In this document: in pieces, positions 59,106 to 64,000 of the stretch
How positions within the stretch are numbered: the stretch's first letter is position 1
Layout: the number at the start of each line of letters is the position of its first letter
Sequence record: OR296290.1
From: Escherichia phage SDYTW1-F1-2-2_3
DNA length: 64,000 bases
Reading direction: 5' to 3' (one strand)
Made by a program: the position numbers and the translations under genes
The notes under the pieces: model-generated
The model's input: only the letters and a program-made list of their open reading frames with translations
Database searches by the model: none
Told to the model about the DNA's origin: nothing

Positions 59106-60950
59106 TTAGTGGGTTTGCATCCAATTCAATCCGATTTTGCAATCAGAGGCTAGCTCGCAGTGCATATTTAGGTATTCTCCAGCCTTCTTAACACATTCCT
59201 CAGCGATGGTCTTCATTTTATGAACATCATTACGGTTAACAGACCACTGAGCTTCATCATGGTAGTCAATTACTTTGTTACCTCTGATATTCTGTTGATC
59301 TACCCACTTGTTTGTGAAGAGGATAGAATACTTCATGACAATAGCACCCGCACTCTGAAGTAAAGTATTTAGTGCTTTATGAACCATAACTTTACCAGTG
59401 GCATCCCGTCTCATGGTCAACTTACGACCGTCCACACCTTCAAGAGTGCCTGTTTCTGCACGGGCTTGTACTCTCTCCAAGACAATTGGGATACAAGGGC
59501 ATTCTGCTAAGAAACGTTCTCTGAGAATTTCACCCTCTTGAGCGCCTCCTCCAACAATCTCTCCAATCTTAGCTGCGCCTGCCCCATATAGAAATCCATA
59601 GATAAAAGTTTTTGCATTATCTCTAGTTGGTAGGCCAGCTAGTTTCTGGTTGTGGGAATGGATATCACCTGAGAGAAGAATCTCTCGATAAGTATAAGCA
59701 GCCTCTAAGCCTTTCTCAGCCCTCAGATACTTAATTTTATCATTCTCTGCTTTGGCTTCTTCCATCATGTCAAGGCACTCTTTCACAAGATAGTGCACTA
59801 ACATACGCAACTCTAATCCAGAACCATCATACCCTAAGAATACTTCTTTACCAGCGGGTATGTAATATTTGTAAGCACCTACAGGTTTATCTTTCTTCCC
59901 CGGCTTACCTTTCTCATAAATTACGTTAGTACCTTTTCGTATATAACAACCATCAGGAACAACGTTAGTAATAACGAAAGGACGAGAGTGATCATCATCT
60001 GAGTTATAGTCAGACTCAAACAAACTGCGACACTCGTGACCAAACAAACCACGGGAGGGAATATTAACCACGATACGATGTTTGAATCGAAAAGTCGGCG
60101 TAGCGCAGCTGTTAGCTTCTGCCGAAAGTTTACCATCTTCGCGTTCCTTTGCTATGAGTCCACTGATAAGACCTAGCCTGTGAGCCGCTACAACGCGTCT
60201 CTTAAGCAAACTCCCGACACTCCCTAGCTCACCCCCTAACCCTTCTTCAAGAGTCTCCTCGAGGTTTGTAGGAGCTGTAGGCCACTTGTTTGAGGTAGCT
60301 AGTGCTATCTTAATCTCATCAAAAGTGATAGGTCTACGTCGGTTAGGGTTTAAACCTAAACCAAATACATAAGCCTTCATATAGTTCTTAGTCTTAAACC
60401 TAAAATGCTTCTCTAAGAACTTCCTAATATCAGCGTCAACCATCTCGGCTGTCTGCTTCTGTTTAGCATTACCTCGCATCCAAGCTGAATACCATGCTTG
60501 GTATGTTCCATACTTTCGCATATCTTTCTTGATTTCAAAAGTATTCCAAGGCTTCTTAGATACGTTAAACTCTGGAGGAAGAAAGCCCTCATCCATAAGG
60601 GCTTCTTTAACTCGTGCATCTTTCGATGGGTCAAAGTCCACGTATTCAACACAGGTGAATGCTCCACCAATGTCTTCTCTCTTAAGACCAACTCTATCAC
60701 AATAGGCTTGAGGCCACTTCTGTAAAGCTCCAGACTTCTTAAATGGCTTCATATAAGTAGAGCCATCTAATCTCATCTTAGGTAAGAGAGGAATCAATTC
60801 TTTGTCAATATTAACAATAATCTCTTTAAGGAGGTGAACATACCACCGAGCATTTCTTCGGTTGAAACTCACTCCGTGCTTCGCTTGCTTAGAGATTATA
60901 TCAGCGACAGTCATCTCTGTCAAAAATGGGAGAGCGTCCGGGTTGCTCAC
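59106..60950 (-). CDS. DNA polymerase, family A (polymerase domain only); GTG start
   Basis: 614 aa; motif A (DGSGLELRM), motif B (RDNAKTFIYGFLYGAG) and motif C (VIDYHDEAQ); GTG start with AAAGGAG SD; no 3'-5' exonuclease motifs seen. Confidence 0.75.
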   Translation of the reverse strand: MSNPDALPFLTEMTVADIISKQAKHGVSFNRRNARWYVHLLKEIIVNIDKELIPLLPKMRLDGSTYMKPFKKSGALQKWPQAYCDRVGLKREDIGGAFTCVEYVDFDPSKDARVKEALMDEGFLPPEFNVSKKPWNTFEIKKDMRKYGTYQAWYSAWMRGNAKQKQTAEMVDADIRKFLEKHFRFKTKNYMKAYVFGLGLNPNRRRPITFDEIKIALATSNKWPTAPTNLEETLEEGLGGELGSVGSLLKRRVVAAHRLGLISGLIAKEREDGKLSAEANSCATPTFRFKHRIVVNIPSRGLFGHECRSLFESDYNSDDDHSRPFVITNVVPDGCYIRKGTNVIYEKGKPGKKDKPVGAYKYYIPAGKEVFLGYDGSGLELRMLVHYLVKECLDMMEEAKAENDKIKYLRAEKGLEAAYTYREILLSGDIHSHNQKLAGLPTRDNAKTFIYGFLYGAGAAKIGEIVGGGAQEGEILRERFLAECPCIPIVLERVQARAETGTLEGVDGRKLTMRRDATGKVMVHKALNTLLQSAGAIVMKYSILFTNKWVDQQNIRGNKVIDYHDEAQWSVNRNDVHKMKTIAEECVKKAGEYLNMHCELASDCKIGLNWMQTH

Positions 60951-60966
60951 TTTATACTCCTTTGAA

Positions 60967-61389
60967 TTATTGGTAAATCAAATCCGTAAATGCTTGATTG
61001 TCTTCTATCACATCTAACACGGTAGCTTCATAACTGTAAGCCCTAACCGCCCCGTTAACAACTATCCGAGGAGTAGGTGGAGGTGGTTCATGGTTAGCCC
61101 TAGCTTCACGAGGTTGCTCTCGTACTAGATGAGCCACAACCCTTTGGTTGGCGACCTCTTCTCTTTCTCGGATAGCTCTCTGGATGTAAGCCAACTTCAT
61201 GCCCCAAGCTTCTTCGAACTCTTGAGGGTGCTTATCGCTGATAACTACATACTGACGATCAGGGATACCAGAGCGAATCTCTGATAATAGCTCATGGAAC
61301 AAATCCAGTTCATGTTCAGTGAGATTCATTTCGATATCATCCCACTTGAGAACTAGGAATCTGTTTTGGTGTCTAGTTGGTAGTGGCAT
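60967..61389 (-). CDS. hypothetical protein
   Basis: 140-aa track ORF upstream of polymerase. Confidence 0.45.
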   Translation of the reverse strand: MPLPTRHQNRFLVLKWDDIEMNLTEHELDLFHELLSEIRSGIPDRQYVVISDKHPQEFEEAWGMKLAYIQRAIREREEVANQRVVAHLVREQPREARANHEPPPPTPRIVVNGAVRAYSYEATVLDVIEDNQAFTDLIYQ

Positions 61390-61392
61390 AGC

Positions 61393-61668
61393 TTAACCTT
61401 TTGGGAATGGTGTTAAAGATTCCATAGCAGCTTTGATTTCACTATTGATTCGAGCATCACGATAAGAGATAAACTTACCTTTGCTGTCACGTAACATCAC
61501 ATGGGTTCTGGCTGTTTTGTGAGGGAGCAATGTGATACTGGTTGGGATAGTGTCAACCCCTGCAAGATATGTGTCAATAGTCTTGCTTTCAGTCAACAGA
61601 TAAGACCAAGTCTTATCTGGATGGTTAGGATATGTGTCTCGAATCTGAACCATAGCTAACTTATTCAT
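61393..61668 (-). CDS. small protein, paralog pair member A
   Basis: Shares KTART.V.LR...GKFISY......E...A.E.L.PFPKG with 61670-61921. Confidence 0.45.
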   Translation of the reverse strand: MNKLAMVQIRDTYPNHPDKTWSYLLTESKTIDTYLAGVDTIPTSITLLPHKTARTHVMLRDSKGKFISYRDARINSEIKAAMESLTPFPKG

Positions 61669-61669
61669 A

Positions 61670-61921
61670 TTAAACTCCTTTAGGGAATGGGATAAGGTTT
61701 TCTACTGCAACACGGAATTCTTTCTCTACATCTTTATTCTTATAAGAAATGAACTTCCCGTCAGCTCCACGTAGGATTACATTAGTACGAGCTGTTTTTG
61801 GGTTATGACTAATCTGGTTTGCAATAATATTAGCAATGCCGTGGTTATTGGTAAATTTCCATTTAACCATACGATTGTTAGACATTACATCAATGATATT
61901 TACAGATTTTACAATAGACAT
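61670..61921 (-). CDS. small protein, paralog pair member B
   Basis: Tandem paralog of 61393-61668. Confidence 0.45.
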   Translation of the reverse strand: MSIVKSVNIIDVMSNNRMVKWKFTNNHGIANIIANQISHNPKTARTNVILRGADGKFISYKNKDVEKEFRVAVENLIPFPKGV

Positions 61922-61989
61922 ATTTATTACCTAAGAAGTTTAATTTGGTTTATATAAAAGAAAAGGCCACCCATTTGGGTAGCCTCATG

Positions 61990-62313
61990 TTACGTTGAGC
62001 TTAAAGCTCCTTTTCGCTTAGCAGCACCAGCTGCCTTCCCAGCTCGATCTCCACTTTTGCCGCCAGCTGAACGATTTCCGCTGACTGTTTCAACACGTAA
62101 GTTGCTTGACGCATTAGAGCCTCCTGACTTGATGGCTCGCTTGTGTCCAACGTCTTTACCTCTGACAGCAGCTTTTCCATCGCGCTTTTCAACGATGCGA
62201 CGTGCACGGTGGCGCTGAGCATCTCCGCTCTTGCTCCCAATGCCTGTCTCACCACGGGCAATTGCGGTACGTCTTTCTTGTGCATAATCTCTCTTTCCTA
62301 CATGGTCTGCCAT
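61990..62313 (-). CDS. basic Gly/Lys/Arg-rich protein
   Basis: 107 aa; strong AAGGAG SD; preferred over overlapping alternative-frame ORF. Confidence 0.45.
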   Translation of the reverse strand: MADHVGKRDYAQERRTAIARGETGIGSKSGDAQRHRARRIVEKRDGKAAVRGKDVGHKRAIKSGGSNASSNLRVETVSGNRSAGGKSGDRAGKAAGAAKRKGALSST

Positions 62314-62369
62314 TTAGAGCTCCTTAACATATCAGTGTACACTAAGGAGTATACATTATAAGTTACTGT

Positions 62370-63107
62370 TTAAGCTTTCTTTTCCATTGCTTTAACAATC
62401 GCCTTACAGAAACCAGAACGAACAATGTCATCTGATTCACCATCTACAATCTCAGCGAACTCATACAGATCATGTTCATCAATAAAGTTAGTAGCCCAAG
62501 TAAGACCACTCTCACGACCACGCATATCATGCTGGTTAGTATCACCCATGCAGAACAGCTGAGAGGTTTCTCCTAATCGAGTCATGATTGAGAAGGCTTC
62601 ATCTTTAGTTGTGTTCTGGAACTCATCAACAATAACAATAGCATCATTGAAAGAACGACCACGGAGATATTCCAGAGGTACAAACTCAATGTTACTATTA
62701 CCGAGTTGGCATTCATAGAACCCTTTACCATATCGCTGAGTAATAACATCAATGATAGGCATCAAATATGGTTCAAACTTCTCACGCATCCCTCCCGGAA
62801 GTAACCCAAGTGAGTTACCCATTCCAACAGAAGGACGACTCAGAATGATCTTCTGAATCTTACCACTCTTCAGTGCATCAATAACTGTGGAAGTGATTAC
62901 AAAGGTCTTACCACAGCCCGCAGGAGCGTCTGTGAACACAACTTGCTTAGTCTTGATAGCATTGAGTAGCTCAGACTGAAACTGGTTCTGAGGGACTACA
63001 GGCTTTGCTAAAACCACCTCTTCAAACTCGCGCTTACCTTTACGAGTGACAAGTGCTTCCCGACGAAGGTCTTTCCGTGACTCTTTCCGTGATTGACGAC
63101 GACTCAT
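62370..63107 (-). CDS. PhoH-like ATPase
   Basis: 245 aa; Walker-A DAPAGCGKT and overall PhoH-like pattern. Confidence 0.6.
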   Translation of the reverse strand: MSRRQSRKESRKDLRREALVTRKGKREFEEVVLAKPVVPQNQFQSELLNAIKTKQVVFTDAPAGCGKTFVITSTVIDALKSGKIQKIILSRPSVGMGNSLGLLPGGMREKFEPYLMPIIDVITQRYGKGFYECQLGNSNIEFVPLEYLRGRSFNDAIVIVDEFQNTTKDEAFSIMTRLGETSQLFCMGDTNQHDMRGRESGLTWATNFIDEHDLYEFAEIVDGESDDIVRSGFCKAIVKAMEKKA

Positions 63108-63301
63108 TTACGCTCTCCAATTTCTTCGTAATGACACTCAGTAGTTAAACAATCTTTACAGATTGCTGTGTAAACCCTGACGTTAGTAAATCGTTTGTTC
63201 TTCCCTTTGGTTGGAGAGCCTTTGGCAAGCTCTCTGATAACCTTGTTACTTAAATGAAGGTTTGTTCCTTCACATCTAGAGCACTTCACCACAATGTCCA
63301 T
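63104..63301 (-). CDS. small zinc-ribbon-like protein
   Basis: CSRCEG...CKDC...C Cys pairs; 65 aa. Confidence 0.4.
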   Translation of the reverse strand: MDIVVKCSRCEGTNLHLSNKVIRELAKGSPTKGKNKRFTNVRVYTAICKDCLTTECHYEEIGERK

Positions 63302-63486
63302 TCAGTAAGAGACCACAGAGAGTCACCTATGTTGGCATTGTCATTCCTGATGAGGTCTTTGATTTTATCAACATCAGTTAAGTGAGTCACATTCAAAATA
63401 TCCTCAACATCCGGGGTATATTTAAATATGGCAACAATACTGTTGTGATCTTCAGCATATCTTTCTAGAACATAAACTACGCTCAT
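63286..63486 (-). CDS. hypothetical protein
   Basis: 66-aa track ORF. Confidence 0.4.
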   Translation of the reverse strand: MSVVYVLERYAEDHNSIVAIFKYTPDVEDILNVTHLTDVDKIKDLIRNDNANIGDSLWSLTEWTLW

Positions 63487-63806
63487 GCGACGTTAACCTC
63501 TTTATGAAGTCTGTAAACGGCTGTCGCCATACAAGCAACAGCCTCATTGTATGGGAGATGCATACCTGTAGAACCATCCCAATCTTTAAACTCGTTGTCA
63601 AAGACTCCAGTAGGCTCTGGATACAAGGCTTGCAACTCAACCAAATCGTTAGCAACTTGTTGCCATTTATCATCAGACCAGATAGGGTCATCCAACCAGT
63701 AATACAAATAGGAATGGATGATCAATTGCCTTCTGTGCCGATTAATTACTTCAGCGGGACTTATCTCACTTCCATTTGAAGTCCTAAATGTATTACTGTC
63801 AATCAT
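63483..63806 (-). CDS. hypothetical protein resembling the N-terminal Ia domain of NAD-dependent DNA ligase
   Basis: RHRRQLIIHSYLYYWLDDPIWSDDKWQQVANDLVELQALYPEP resembles the LigA domain Ia signature; no adenylation KxDG motif. Confidence 0.35.
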   Translation of the reverse strand: MIDSNTFRTSNGSEISPAEVINRHRRQLIIHSYLYYWLDDPIWSDDKWQQVANDLVELQALYPEPTGVFDNEFKDWDGSTGMHLPYNEAVACMATAVYRLHKEVNVA

Positions 63807-64000
63807 TATGAAAACTTCCGTTCTGTTAAAAAGTATTGAACTTCTTTATCTGGAGACCAAACCTTTTCTCCATCTACCAACTTCTTAGCATCTTCGTATG
63901 AAGCACAATCCAAAGCAGGGTTATCAGGCGTTGGTTTCCCTAGAAAGTATTTCCAAGTCCAACGCTCTCCGTCATCATCTTGACAGTCAAGAGTCCATAA
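63807..64000 (-). CDS. hypothetical protein, 5' end beyond window
   Basis: Open minus-strand frame running off the window end, stop at 63807-63809 just before next ATG. Confidence 0.35.

Noticed and set aside
62001-62285. 94-aa minus-strand ORF overlapping 61990-62313 in another frame
   Set aside because: The other frame has a strong AAGGAG site and uses the full intergenic space; one of the two must be spurious.

Overview
The window reads as about 64 kb of a virulent tailed dsDNA phage genome, densely coding, with no rRNA, tRNA, CRISPR array or integrase recognised. All calls are from reading the sequence and the supplied ORF track by eye; no searches were run, and coordinates I derived myself (small ORFs, motifs, hairpins) may be off by a few nt. 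Three transcription blocks are evident. (1) Positions 1-19858, minus strand: an early/accessory block holding a class-II glutamine amidotransferase plus amidoligase-like gene cluster interrupted by an HNH endonuclease, then many very small genes including a paralogous ~75-aa family, Cys-rich mini-proteins, a lipoprotein, a SleB-like cell-wall hydrolase, and a 1.8-kb non-coding stretch with iterated motifs. (2) Positions 20766-51670, plus strand: the structural/late block with putative small terminase, large terminase, portal, scaffold, major capsid with a predicted -1 frameshift Ig-like extension, two tail fibres with C-terminal chaperone-like domains, lysozyme-type endolysin, lytic transglycosylase, Q/N-rich internal proteins and a ~1526-aa internal protein. 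(3) Positions 51957-64000, minus strand: a DNA-metabolism block with family-A DNA polymerase, PhoH-like ATPase, 5'-3' exonuclease, P-loop kinase, HAD phosphatase, metallophosphoesterase, SSB-like protein, a sigma-70-family factor and an overlapped spanin-like pair. The phage-encoded sigma factor, amidoligase module and gene layout resemble phiEco32-like coliphages, but that is inference only. The most notable candidates are the amidoligase/amidotransferase module with an apparent AUU start, the capsid frameshift, the expanded small-protein family, and two repeat-rich non-coding regions. The ORF track counts GTG/TTG as starts, so several 5' ends are uncertain.
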